From an uncultured Bacilli bacterium (GTDB lineage Bacteria > Bacillota_I > Bacilli_A > RF39 > UBA660), in NCBI GenBank assembly GCA_963931685.1, contig OZ007038.1, positions 975,632 to 1,039,631 on the forward strand: DNA of 64,000 nt. Direction: 5' to 3'. The notes beneath the pieces are model-generated. The model saw nothing but the letters and a program-made list of their open reading frames with translations, searched no databases and was not told the origin of the DNA. Shown in pieces: positions 48,497 to 57,920 of this stretch; position 1 is the first letter of the stretch, and each line of letters starts with the position of its first letter. A program made the translations under genes and the position numbers.

Positions 48497-50158
48497 TTAT
48501 TCTTCAAAAATACTTCCACCAATAAATTCTCTTAAGATTGAATCTTTTGGAACTACTTCACTAGTTATTGGAAGGAAGTTTCTTAATAGATTAATTAATC
48601 TCATGGCTTCTGGATATTCTGGGCTTGTACTTTCTATTCCATATAATAGTGGTTCAGCATATATTCTGAGTACTGAAAGTTCATAACCTAATGAGGAGTT
48701 TATCATCGCATCTGCATCATCTTGATATGGATAGATGCTTAGTCTTGCTTCTTTATCAACGTTTGGCCACATGGCTAGTGTGGTTTCAGCGTTTGTTCCT
48801 CTAAATTGATTGTCTCTGACTATTCTTCTAATTTTTCTGACATCAGTTGTATGAACACGATTATGATTATCTAATTTTAGATGAATAAGTGGACTCATAA
48901 ATATTTTAAATTTATTTTCTCTCGGAATATTTTTAGTTAGTTTTTCATTTAAGGTATGAATTCCTTCAATGATTAATATATCATTTTCTTCTAATTTTAA
49001 ATATTTATTTTCATAGACTTTTTTTCCGGTTATAAAATCAAAGGTTGGCATTGATACTTTATGACCTGACAATAATTTTGTTAAGTGATTATTAAACAAG
49101 GCTGTATCAATTGATTCAATGCTTGAAAAGTCTAACTCACCATTTTCATCTCTTGGGGCATCTACTCTATCTACAAAATAATCATCTAATGAAATTTTAT
49201 GGCAATTTATTCCTTTTACTTTTAAATATAGAGATAATTTTTTAGCTGTTGTTGTTTTTCCACTTGAAGAAGGTCCAGCTAGTAAGATGATTTTTATTTG
49301 ATCTTTCTTTTTATAAATTGTTTCAGCTATTAAGGAAAGCTGGTCTTCATAATGGGTTTCAAACAATCTTAATACATCAACGTATTTTCCTTCAGTACAT
49401 ATTTTATTTAAATCTGGTGTGGTACTAATACCTATAGTTCTACCCCAATTTTGAAAGCTTTTATATGTATCAAAGGTTAATTTATGATGAATGTATTCGT
49501 CAACTTTTTCTGGATTATTAACGCTTGGATAAGTTAATATAAAACTATTTTCTTTTAGATAGACCATACCAAATTCTGTTAGTATTCCTGTGTTATAAAC
49601 AAGTGGTCCAAAGAAGTAATCATATATTCCATCTAATGAGTAAAGAGTTACGGTTCTATTAGTCATATATCTTAAACCTTCTACTTTATCTTGTTGATGG
49701 TGTTTTTTAAAATATTTTATGGCATCAAATCTATCAACAAGCATTTCTTTAAATGTAAATTTTTGATTAACCATTTTTCTCATTTCTTCTTCTATTTTTT
49801 GAGCGGTTATTTTTGTTATTCTCTGCCCTATTATTTCACAGTATATGCCATTTTCTAACGAATAATTTATTAAAATATCTGTTTCATCGCCTAAGATTTT
49901 TTTGGTGGCTACTGTTACTAAGAACTCTAAACTTCTTGCATAAATACGGTTTCCAACTGTTGATGATAGGTCATAGAATTTTACTTTTTCGTTACTGGTT
50001 ACTTTGGCATTTAAACCAACTAGAAATTCACCTAATCTAGCTCCAACAATTGGATATTTAAAATCATCTTTTACTTTTTTTGACACTTCATAAAGGGGTG
50101 TGTCTTCAGGAATGCCATCTAAGTAAGTATCGTTATATTTTAGTTTTAAGTCTCGCAT
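48497..50158 (-). CDS. Nucleoside/uridine kinase with a ThrRS-like N-terminal region
   Basis: AGPSSSGKTT, ISLDDYF, IIEGIH, RRIVRD; start placed at MRDLK (50158). Confidence 0.8.
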   Translation of the reverse strand: MRDLKLKYNDTYLDGIPEDTPLYEVSKKVKDDFKYPIVGARLGEFLVGLNAKVTSNEKVKFYDLSSTVGNRIYARSLEFLVTVATKKILGDETDILINYSLENGIYCEIIGQRITKITAQKIEEEMRKMVNQKFTFKEMLVDRFDAIKYFKKHHQQDKVEGLRYMTNRTVTLYSLDGIYDYFFGPLVYNTGILTEFGMVYLKENSFILTYPSVNNPEKVDEYIHHKLTFDTYKSFQNWGRTIGISTTPDLNKICTEGKYVDVLRLFETHYEDQLSLIAETIYKKKDQIKIILLAGPSSSGKTTTAKKLSLYLKVKGINCHKISLDDYFVDRVDAPRDENGELDFSSIESIDTALFNNHLTKLLSGHKVSMPTFDFITGKKVYENKYLKLEENDILIIEGIHTLNEKLTKNIPRENKFKIFMSPLIHLKLDNHNRVHTTDVRKIRRIVRDNQFRGTNAETTLAMWPNVDKEARLSIYPYQDDADAMINSSLGYELSVLRIYAEPLLYGIESTSPEYPEAMRLINLLRNFLPITSEVVPKDSILREFIGGSIFEE

Positions 50159-50274
50159 TTTATCCCCTCCTATTTTCCTATATTTTAGCTTAACACAAAT
50201 AATATAATTTGTCATGTTTTTTGATGAATAATATTTACTCTTTACACCTATTATAATTATGAGGAGGGATTTTT

Positions 50275-50859
50275 ATGTTGATACCAAGTGTTGTTGAGAA
50301 AAATAGTGATGGAGAGAGAGTTTATGATATATATTCTAGATTACTTAAAGATAGAATTATTATTTTAAGTGGGGAGATTGATGACAATTTAGCTAATTCA
50401 GTAGTGGCACAATTACTTTATTTAGATTCTATTAATCATGATCCAATTAATTTATATATTAATTCTCCAGGTGGAAGTATTACTGCTGGAATGGCTATTT
50501 ATGATACGATGAATTATATAAAAAGCAAGGTTTCAACTATTTGTATTGGAATGGCTGCTAGTATGGCTGCATTTTTACTTTCATCAGGTGAAAAAAAGAT
50601 GAGATATATTTTGCCTAATGGTGAGGTTATGATTCATCAGCCTTTAGGTGGGGCGCAAGGTCAAGCTACAGAAATTAAAATAGCGGCTGAGAGAATTTTA
50701 AAATTAAAAGAAAAATTAAATAAAATTTTAAGTGAAAATACTGGTCAAAGTTTAGGAAAAATTCAAAATGATACTGAAAGAGATTATTTTTTATCATCAT
50801 GTGAGGCTTTAGAATATGGACTTGTTGACAAAATTTTAAAAGAACAAAGGTCAAAATAA
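50275..50859 (+). CDS. clpP: ATP-dependent Clp protease proteolytic subunit
   Basis: [43 protein letters not shown]. Confidence 0.97.
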   Translation: MLIPSVVEKNSDGERVYDIYSRLLKDRIIILSGEIDDNLANSVVAQLLYLDSINHDPINLYINSPGGSITAGMAIYDTMNYIKSKVSTICIGMAASMAAFLLSSGEKKMRYILPNGEVMIHQPLGGAQGQATEIKIAAERILKLKEKLNKILSENTGQSLGKIQNDTERDYFLSSCEALEYGLVDKILKEQRSK

Positions 50860-50864
50860 ATTTT

Positions 50865-50941
50865 GACTAGCTTACCTCGCGGTAAGCTTTTTCTACTTCA
50901 TTGGAATCTAAGATTCCTCCATAGACCAGTATCGGATAGTC
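50865..50941. other. GC-elevated multi-hairpin element; includes a possible clpP terminator
   Basis: AGCTTACC-tcgc-GGTAAGCT followed by TTTT; GGAATC/GATTCC; closing GACTA/TAGTC. Confidence 0.4.
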
Positions 50942-51023
50942 TTTTGCCCTAATTTATATTATTTGTTTGTCATTCAAAAATGCACTTTCTTTATATATAA
51001 AAATAAGCTATATTTCAAGCTTA

Positions 51024-51536
51024 TTAACTGTTTTGAACATAGTCTAAAGTTACATTAAGAGTACTATCTATATCAGCTGGCTGACTTGTTACATCTTTAT
51101 TATAAGATACTTTAACTGTAAATGTTGTGTTTGAGTGCTCACCTAAAACATCGTTTTCGCTAATTCCTGTGATTTCAAATAAAATCGCAGGATTATTTTC
51201 ATCAGTAACTGTTAGTTTATTTAATCTAGCTGGAATACTACCATCATTAGCAACGGTTACTTCATAAGTCATACTGTCACTAGGTGAAACTAAATTAGTT
51301 TTAAATATGGCTGTAGTATTATTTGTAACTTGTGGCTCTTCTGCATTGGTAGCACTTCCAGTAAAGCCTACAACGGTTATATCTGTAATTTTTATATCCC
51401 ACGTACTTTCAACTACAGCTGTTCCATTAATGGTTAGGCTTTGTGAAAAACTGGCATATCCAACAGCCATAAATAACACAATTAGGCATAAACCAACAAT
51501 CATCCAATTTTTTTGAGTTTGATTCATTTTTTTCAT
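51024..51536 (-). CDS. Orphan SipW-class signal peptide protein
   Basis: MAVGYASFSQSLTINGTAVVESTWDI; LVSPSDSMTYEVTVANDGSIPA; own TTGACT-17-TATAAT promoter at 51561-51589. Confidence 0.75.
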   Translation of the reverse strand: MKKMNQTQKNWMIVGLCLIVLFMAVGYASFSQSLTINGTAVVESTWDIKITDITVVGFTGSATNAEEPQVTNNTTAIFKTNLVSPSDSMTYEVTVANDGSIPARLNKLTVTDENNPAILFEITGISENDVLGEHSNTTFTVKVSYNKDVTSQPADIDSTLNVTLDYVQNS

Positions 51537-51723
51537 AAGTCTTCCCCTACCTTTAATATAATTATAAGGGTTTGTGTCAATAAAGTCAATTGTATTTTTT
51601 GTGATAATTTTTTATTATAAGAAAATCATTTTTTTATAATTAGTAAATTTTGATATATCTTTTGATCTCATTTTTTAAATGAAAAAAGACAGTATACTAA
51701 CTGCCCTTTATACTTTAGTTTAA

Positions 51724-51927
51724 TTATTTAGTATAATTAGAACCTGAAATTTGTTGTTGACCCATTTGTACAAGTCTTTTAGTAATTTCTCCACCTACTG
51801 AACCGTTAGCTCTACTAGTAGCATCTGGTCCCATTTTAACGCCTAATTCGTTAGCAATTTCATATTTCATTTGTTCAATTGCTTGTTTAGCGCCAGGAAC
51901 TACTAAACGAGAATTATTATTAGTCAT
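51724..51927 (-). CDS. Alpha/beta-type small acid-soluble spore protein
   Basis: [23 protein letters not shown]...[16 protein letters not shown]; SigG-like GCATT-17-CAATATA at 51952-51980. Confidence 0.95.
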   Translation of the reverse strand: MTNNNSRLVVPGAKQAIEQMKYEIANELGVKMGPDATSRANGSVGGEITKRLVQMGQQQISGSNYTK

Positions 51928-52003
51928 ACATTTTCACCTCCTGTACACTTATATATTGTGTACATTTGAGGATTTAATGCATTTTTTTTATTGGTAATTT
52001 TTG

Positions 52004-53173
52004 TTAAAGAAGGTTTTCAAACTCATCTTCTTTAAAATTGGTTATTGTTTCAATATTATTAATAGCTTTTTCTATTAAAGTTTTATAATCAAAGTTATTT
52101 TCATAAGCTATACATTTTTCTAATTCCGGCTTAATTACTGGGTGTTTTGGAACAAATATAGTACAGCAATCTTCATATGGTAATATGCTTGTTTCATAGG
52201 TGTTTATTTTTTTTGCAATATCAATTATTTCTAATTTATCTAAACAAGCAACTGGGCGAATTACTGGCATATTTATAACATTATTTATGCAATACATACT
52301 ATCTAGTGTTTGACTTGCAACTTGTCCAATACTTTCACCATTAATTAATATTTTTGCTCCAATTTTTCCCGCATAAAGTTCAGCTATTCTATACATCATT
52401 CTTCGCATAATGGTTATCATATAAGTGTCAGGGCAATTTTTAAAAATAGCTTCTTGAATTAAAGTGAATGGTACAACATGAACTTTTACTCTACCAGAAT
52501 ATTCATTGATTATACTAGCTAGTTTGATAACTTTGTTTTTAGCTTCTAGACTAGTATGAGGTGGTGATTCAAAATATAAACATTCAACAGTTACTCCTCT
52601 TTTTTGAGCGAGGTAACCAGCAACTGGACTATCAATACCACCAGATAACATGAGTAAACCTTTGCCCGCGACACCAACCGGATATCCACCAGCGCCTTTT
52701 AATTCATCTATGTAGACAAATGTTCCTTCAGTTCTTATTTCAATGGTTAAGGTAATATCTGGATTATGAACATCTACTTTAAAATTAGAGTTTTTTAAAA
52801 TTAATCCACCTAGTTTTCTACTATAGTCCATCGAATGAATAGGGTAACTTTTGTCTGCTCTTTTAGTTACTACTTTGAATGTTTTCTTTGTTTTATCCAT
52901 AATTTCTAAAGATTTATTTAAGACATCTTCTATAGTATTATTTACCTTATAAGCTATAACTATACTTAGTATTCCGAATACTTTTTGTAATTTAATGGCA
53001 ATTGATTTGGCATTTTCACATTTAATAAACATTCTTACGTTGTCTTTTGTTATTTCTACTTTTTCACCTTCTAAAACTTTTTCGACATTTTGGGTTAAAA
53101 TATTTATAAAAATTTTTCGGTTTGCTTTTTTTGTTGTTAGTTCTCCATATTTAATCATGATTAATTCTTTCAT
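52004..53173 (-). CDS. thiI: tRNA 4-thiouridine synthetase ThiI
   Basis: IKYGELTTKKANR, THUMP domain, LSGGIDSPVA, GESIGQVASQT, PYEDCCTIF; start placed at MKELI. Confidence 0.95.
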   Translation of the reverse strand: MKELIMIKYGELTTKKANRKIFINILTQNVEKVLEGEKVEITKDNVRMFIKCENAKSIAIKLQKVFGILSIVIAYKVNNTIEDVLNKSLEIMDKTKKTFKVVTKRADKSYPIHSMDYSRKLGGLILKNSNFKVDVHNPDITLTIEIRTEGTFVYIDELKGAGGYPVGVAGKGLLMLSGGIDSPVAGYLAQKRGVTVECLYFESPPHTSLEAKNKVIKLASIINEYSGRVKVHVVPFTLIQEAIFKNCPDTYMITIMRRMMYRIAELYAGKIGAKILINGESIGQVASQTLDSMYCINNVINMPVIRPVACLDKLEIIDIAKKINTYETSILPYEDCCTIFVPKHPVIKPELEKCIAYENNFDYKTLIEKAINNIETITNFKEDEFENLL

Positions 53174-53258
53174 ACAAAAACCTCGTTTCTTTCCCAATTA
53201 TACTATTATTTTTTGATTTTTCAAAGAAAAAGAAAGTTCTAATGGAACTTTCTTTTGT

Positions 53259-54998
53259 TTATTCACTCATTCTTTCTTTTCCACCATATAATTTTAACAA
53301 TTTATCATAAATACCTGGTTCAATTTTATTTAAAGAATTGATAGTGAGTTCTAGAGATTTTTGATAATCTCCTTTAGCAAATAACATTTCAGAATATGTT
53401 AAGTTTCTATCTAAATCTTTTTCAGATGAACGGTATCTATTACCATATACAATGGCCATTTCAGCAAACATGGCTGTTTTCATCATTTCTTTTGTTTTAC
53501 CATATAGTTTTAAGGCAAGGTCACGGGCTGTATCTACTCTTGTGTTTAATATTTCAATGGTAATTGGTTTTTTATCTAATTCTTTAACTATTTCTTTCAT
53601 AGCATCTTTAGCTTCCTTTAATTCTACATAATATCTATTTGGTATTACTGGTAGATTGAATATTCTAATTTGTTTTTGTGAATTTTTAAGTAATTCTTCT
53701 ACTTCGGATAGTTGCTGACGAGCACGCATTTCATCATCATGCATGTTTCCAATAACATTTAATGTATTATCTAATTTGTTTTCTAGGTTAGATAATCTTA
53801 TTACTAAGTTTTCAATTTCTTCTGTTAATTTAGAATATGCAAAACTATGATTACTTGTATGAGCAATAAGTGTTTCATAATCTTCATTTAATTTTTCTAA
53901 ATCTTTTTTTACTTCATATAAAGCTTTAATATCATCTTCATTTAAACTATACATTTGTTTTAAATCATCAATTTGTTCAAAAATATCTTTAACTAAAACA
54001 TTTATTTTCTTTAGTTTGGTATTTAATGTTTTATTAGCGGCATCATAATCGGCTTTAATAACTTTCTCTTTTTCAAAGTCAGTGAACAAGTTTTCAAAAT
54101 ATTCTGTTAGCACTTTCAAGTCGAATAAGCTATCTTCTAAATTTAAGACTTTGGCTCTATCTAATATATCAGCAATTTTCTTTTTTGCTTCTTCTATATT
54201 ATATTCAACATTTAAATAGTCTAATGGATAACCAGCGGCAACCATTTTGTTATACATATCCATAATTTCTTCAATTTTTTTAGGTAAAATGCCTTCAGCT
54301 ATTAGAACGATTGATGGTAATTCATCGATGACTACTTCCATATGTTTTAAAAGTTCATCAATAACTTTTAATATGCTGGGCACTTCTGTATATTCATTTT
54401 CTTCCATTAATGCTTCAAAATCTTCAAATCTTTTAGTTATGTTTTCAAATTGTAATGCGACAACTTTAGCAAATTCACCAAATTCATTTCTTGTTTCTTC
54501 AAATTTTTCAAATAGTTCACGATATTTTGCTTTCAATTTAGTGATACTTGCTCTATTACGTTCTTCACTATTAGTAATGTCTTTTATTTCATTTAATAAG
54601 AAAGCGGAAGTTGCTCTTACTTTATATATTTCCATCTCTAATTTTGCTATTTTATACATGGTACTTTTGTAGTCTGTTTGTGATAATGAATATTCAGCTT
54701 CTATTAGCATATCTGTTATTTTTGGGATTTGAGTTTCTTTAATATCATTTAATCTTTCTTTCCAGTTTTTATAAAGAACTTCTAATTTTTCGTTGCTGGC
54801 ATAACTTTCAACTTTTGCGAGTTCTGGTCCTACTGGTGAAGTGTCAAGTCTATTTTTTTGATAATCTAATTCTTCAATTAGTTTTTTATATTTTTTCTTT
54901 TTACGTCCTTTTAACACTCCTAGGACAATAAATACAACTACTAGTGTTGTGCCTACAGCTGCAGCAATGATTATAGCAATGTTATCCATGTATATCAC
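53259..54998 (-). CDS. ezrA: Septation ring formation regulator EzrA
   Basis: N-terminal TM, long coiled coil, IVYGNRYRS (QNR patch), upstream of thiI. Confidence 0.88.
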   Translation of the reverse strand: MIYMDNIAIIIAAAVGTTLVVVFIVLGVLKGRKKKKYKKLIEELDYQKNRLDTSPVGPELAKVESYASNEKLEVLYKNWKERLNDIKETQIPKITDMLIEAEYSLSQTDYKSTMYKIAKLEMEIYKVRATSAFLLNEIKDITNSEERNRASITKLKAKYRELFEKFEETRNEFGEFAKVVALQFENITKRFEDFEALMEENEYTEVPSILKVIDELLKHMEVVIDELPSIVLIAEGILPKKIEEIMDMYNKMVAAGYPLDYLNVEYNIEEAKKKIADILDRAKVLNLEDSLFDLKVLTEYFENLFTDFEKEKVIKADYDAANKTLNTKLKKINVLVKDIFEQIDDLKQMYSLNEDDIKALYEVKKDLEKLNEDYETLIAHTSNHSFAYSKLTEEIENLVIRLSNLENKLDNTLNVIGNMHDDEMRARQQLSEVEELLKNSQKQIRIFNLPVIPNRYYVELKEAKDAMKEIVKELDKKPITIEILNTRVDTARDLALKLYGKTKEMMKTAMFAEMAIVYGNRYRSSEKDLDRNLTYSEMLFAKGDYQKSLELTINSLNKIEPGIYDKLLKLYGGKERMSE

Positions 54999-55113
54999 CC
55001 TAGTATAATTTTACCATAAATTTGTCTTTTTTTGTAAAAAAATGTCTAGTTTTTGTTAAATGTATAGTAATTAAAGAAATGATATATAAAAACTGTTGAT
55101 TTTTTCAACAGTT

Positions 55114-55821
55114 TTATAATGTTTGTGGACTAATTCTATAATGATATGTAGAATAATTATCTTTATTATTTAAATTTATTAATGGTTTAAATTTTATTAT
55201 TTGATTATATTTTTTCCCCGCTTTATCTTCATATGTGAGCATTCCTGTTAAAGTTAAATTTTCTAAAAAGTTATAATCTTTATAATAAGAACTTAAATAG
55301 CAAAGAAGATCTATATATGATGTATATTCATAGGGAAATAAGATAGTTATTTCATTAGACTCATTACCTTCAGATAAAAGGTAATCAATTTCATATGATA
55401 GGTTTTTAGGAGAATACGAATATAGTCCTGTACCATTATTAAGTCTATAAGATACTGTGTTATCAGTGGCTGAGATGAGAGCTACTTTGTCTTTATCAAT
55501 TTTATTTATCAAGGTTAAAAGGTTTTGTATATTATTTTCGTCCCAAATAAATGAGATATTTTTAGCTGGACTATTTCCGATATTTACTATTTTAAGATTA
55601 TTTGGTTCTTTTTTTAAATAGTTATTGTAGTAAATATTATTATGTTTAATAACTTGATAATTATTTTTATATGAAGTAACTATTAAGTTTGGTGCTTTTT
55701 TTTCAATAGACATTATTTGAATAAATGATGGTATTATAGCAAGGATAGCAATAATAGTTGTAATTATAAATTGAGGAGTAAAATGAGTTCCTTTTTTCTT
55801 ATTCTTTAAATTCGAATTCAT
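55114..55821 (-). CDS. Hypothetical protein with an N-terminal TM helix
   Basis: 235-aa AT-rich ORF overlapping the end of obgE; family not recognised. Confidence 0.6.
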   Translation of the reverse strand: MNSNLKNKKKGTHFTPQFIITTIIAILAIIPSFIQIMSIEKKAPNLIVTSYKNNYQVIKHNNIYYNNYLKKEPNNLKIVNIGNSPAKNISFIWDENNIQNLLTLINKIDKDKVALISATDNTVSYRLNNGTGLYSYSPKNLSYEIDYLLSEGNESNEITILFPYEYTSYIDLLCYLSSYYKDYNFLENLTLTGMLTYEDKAGKKYNQIIKFKPLINLNNKDNYSTYHYRISPQTL

Positions 55822-57079
55822 AATCCATTATTCTGATAGGATCACCATCTTTGGCTCCTAACTGTCTTAACTCATCATCTATTCCCATTTTTCTTAGTTT
55901 GTTTGAAAAGCGTAATATAGCTTCATCTGTATCCAATCTACTCATGATTAAGAGTTTTTCTATTTTGTCACCACTTATTACCCATGTATCATTATCTTTA
56001 GTTATATTATATGGTTTTTCTTCTTTAAATTTATAAATAACATGGCTTTCAAAGTTTTCATTTTTATAAAGATTTTCTTTTGGTATTTCATCTAACATAT
56101 CAGCTAATTTTAATAGTATTTTATTTATTCCTTCTCCATTAATTGCAGACATTTCATATACTTCTTTATCTACTTTTTCTTTGAATTTTTTTAGATTTTC
56201 TTTAGAAGAAGGCATATCCATTTTATTAGCTATTATTATTTGTGGTTTTTTGATTAATGATTCATCGAAGTTTTCTAGTTCTTTATTTATGGTTATGTAA
56301 TCTTTATATGGGTCATTAGTATAACCACTCATATCAATAATATGAGCAATTACTCTTGTTCTTTGTGTATGCTTTAAGAATCTATCACCTAGTCCATGTC
56401 CTAGGGAGGCACCTTCAATTAAGCCTGGCAAGTCGGCTACGACAAAGCTTCTATTATCGGATGTTTTGACAACTCCTAAATTAGGTTTTAATGTCGTAAA
56501 TGGATAGTCGGCAATTTTTGGTTTTGAGGCAGATATTTTGGAAATAAAGGTTGATTTTCCAACACTTGGCATTCCAACTAATCCAACGTCTGCCATTAGT
56601 TTTAATTCTATTTTTACTTTTACTATTTCTCCTGGTTCACCATTTTCTGCATAGTGCGGAGCAGGATTTGACTGAGTAGCAAAGGCCATGTTTCCTCTTC
56701 CACCTCTTCCACCTTTAGCAATAATGCACTCTTCTTTATCTTTAGTTAAATCAGCAATAATTAATCCTGTATCATAATCAGTTACAACAGTACCCGCTGG
56801 TACTGGTATAACTATATTTTCAGCATTTTTTCCGTGCATTCCTTTACCCATTCCATTTTCGCCTTTATATCCTTTGATTATTTTTTTATATTTAAAGTCA
56901 ACTAGAGTATTTAATCCAGCATCAACTTTGAATATAATGTCTGAACCTTTTCCACCATTACCACCGAATGGTCCGCCCATGGCAACATATTTTTCTCTTC
57001 TAAATGCGAGACACCCATTTCCACCACTACCTGCAATTAGTTCAACTACTGCTTCATCAATAAACATAATATCACCCAT
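55799..57079 (-). CDS. obgE: GTPase ObgE
   Basis: GSGGNGCLAFRREKY, GMPSVGKST, YPFTTL, DLPGLIEGA, ANKMD. Confidence 0.97.
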   Translation of the reverse strand: MGDIMFIDEAVVELIAGSGGNGCLAFRREKYVAMGGPFGGNGGKGSDIIFKVDAGLNTLVDFKYKKIIKGYKGENGMGKGMHGKNAENIVIPVPAGTVVTDYDTGLIIADLTKDKEECIIAKGGRGGRGNMAFATQSNPAPHYAENGEPGEIVKVKIELKLMADVGLVGMPSVGKSTFISKISASKPKIADYPFTTLKPNLGVVKTSDNRSFVVADLPGLIEGASLGHGLGDRFLKHTQRTRVIAHIIDMSGYTNDPYKDYITINKELENFDESLIKKPQIIIANKMDMPSSKENLKKFKEKVDKEVYEMSAINGEGINKILLKLADMLDEIPKENLYKNENFESHVIYKFKEEKPYNITKDNDTWVISGDKIEKLLIMSRLDTDEAILRFSNKLRKMGIDDELRQLGAKDGDPIRIMDYEFEFKE

Positions 57080-57126
57080 TTCCTAGGAATATTATACATG
57101 ATTTTAGGCAAAGAAAAAAGGATTAA

Positions 57127-57663
57127 TTAATAATCCCAATGAATTGTCGCATCTTTTGCTCCCCAAATAGTTCCGACTGAGTTATTTACTTCTTCTTGAG
57201 TTCCTGTGCCAACTACCTCTTCATTTTTAGCTTTAACATAAAATACCATTCCATCATTACCCGTGAATGCGGTTACATGAACTTCTTTTACATTTGACTT
57301 CATAGTAATATTTACTAATTTTTGATTATTGAAAGCACCTGGACCAATTGCATCAACCATTCTTCCATTTAAGTTTTCAGGAATAAAGACAGTTTTATCA
57401 CAAGTTGAATCATATCCAGTGATGGTTATATTTCCTCTAGAATTTGTCTGTGTTTGAAAACATGCAGGATCATTACTTAAGTTTTGTACATCATTTAAGG
57501 CACTTTCTTTTATTTTATCGTTAGCTAATTTTCTATTGGCTAAAATAGATACAGTTCCTAATACTAAAACTAAGAAAAGTGCGAGAATTCCATATAGTAA
57601 AGCTGATGTGATAAAACCTTTTTTATTCATTTTGCCATCCCCTATTCTGTTTAAATTATACAT
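57127..57663 (-). CDS. Minor-pilin-like protein with a BspA-type leucine-rich-repeat fragment
   Basis: MNKKGFITSALLYGILALFLVLVL; ITITGY...IPENLNGRMVDAIGPGAF. Confidence 0.6.
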   Translation of the reverse strand: MYNLNRIGDGKMNKKGFITSALLYGILALFLVLVLGTVSILANRKLANDKIKESALNDVQNLSNDPACFQTQTNSRGNITITGYDSTCDKTVFIPENLNGRMVDAIGPGAFNNQKLVNITMKSNVKEVHVTAFTGNDGMVFYVKAKNEEVVGTGTQEEVNNSVGTIWGAKDATIHWDY

Positions 57664-57746
57664 TATTTATAGGGTTTATACAAGTCTTTTAGGTTTATAT
57701 CATGCTTATTTATGAATAACTTGAATAAATTATTACAGGTGATATT

Positions 57747-57920
57747 ATGCGAAATTTTTGGTGTGGACGTGGTAAGTGGTCGCTTATTTGCTTAATTTGT
57801 ATGATTATTTTATTTTATCAAATTTTAATTACTATATTTGTAGTGACTAGATTTAATGTATTTTTATTATTTATTTTTATGATTTTACTATTTTGCTCTA
57901 TCTTTAGACTCTTTTGGTGA
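57747..57920 (+). CDS. Possible 57-aa hydrophobic peptide
   Basis: AGGTGA RBS, then MRNFWCGRGKWSLICLICMIILFYQILITIFVVTRFNVFLLFIFMILLFCSIFRLFW; overlaps the ysxE 3' end in antisense. Confidence 0.3.
   Translation: MRNFWCGRGKWSLICLICMIILFYQILITIFVVTRFNVFLLFIFMILLFCSIFRLFW

Noticed and set aside
50860-50950. Assignment as a tRNA, c-di-GMP riboswitch or HEARO/omega RNA
   Set aside because: No T-loop or anticodon arm, only fragmentary motif similarity, and no downstream gene or IscB; left unassigned.
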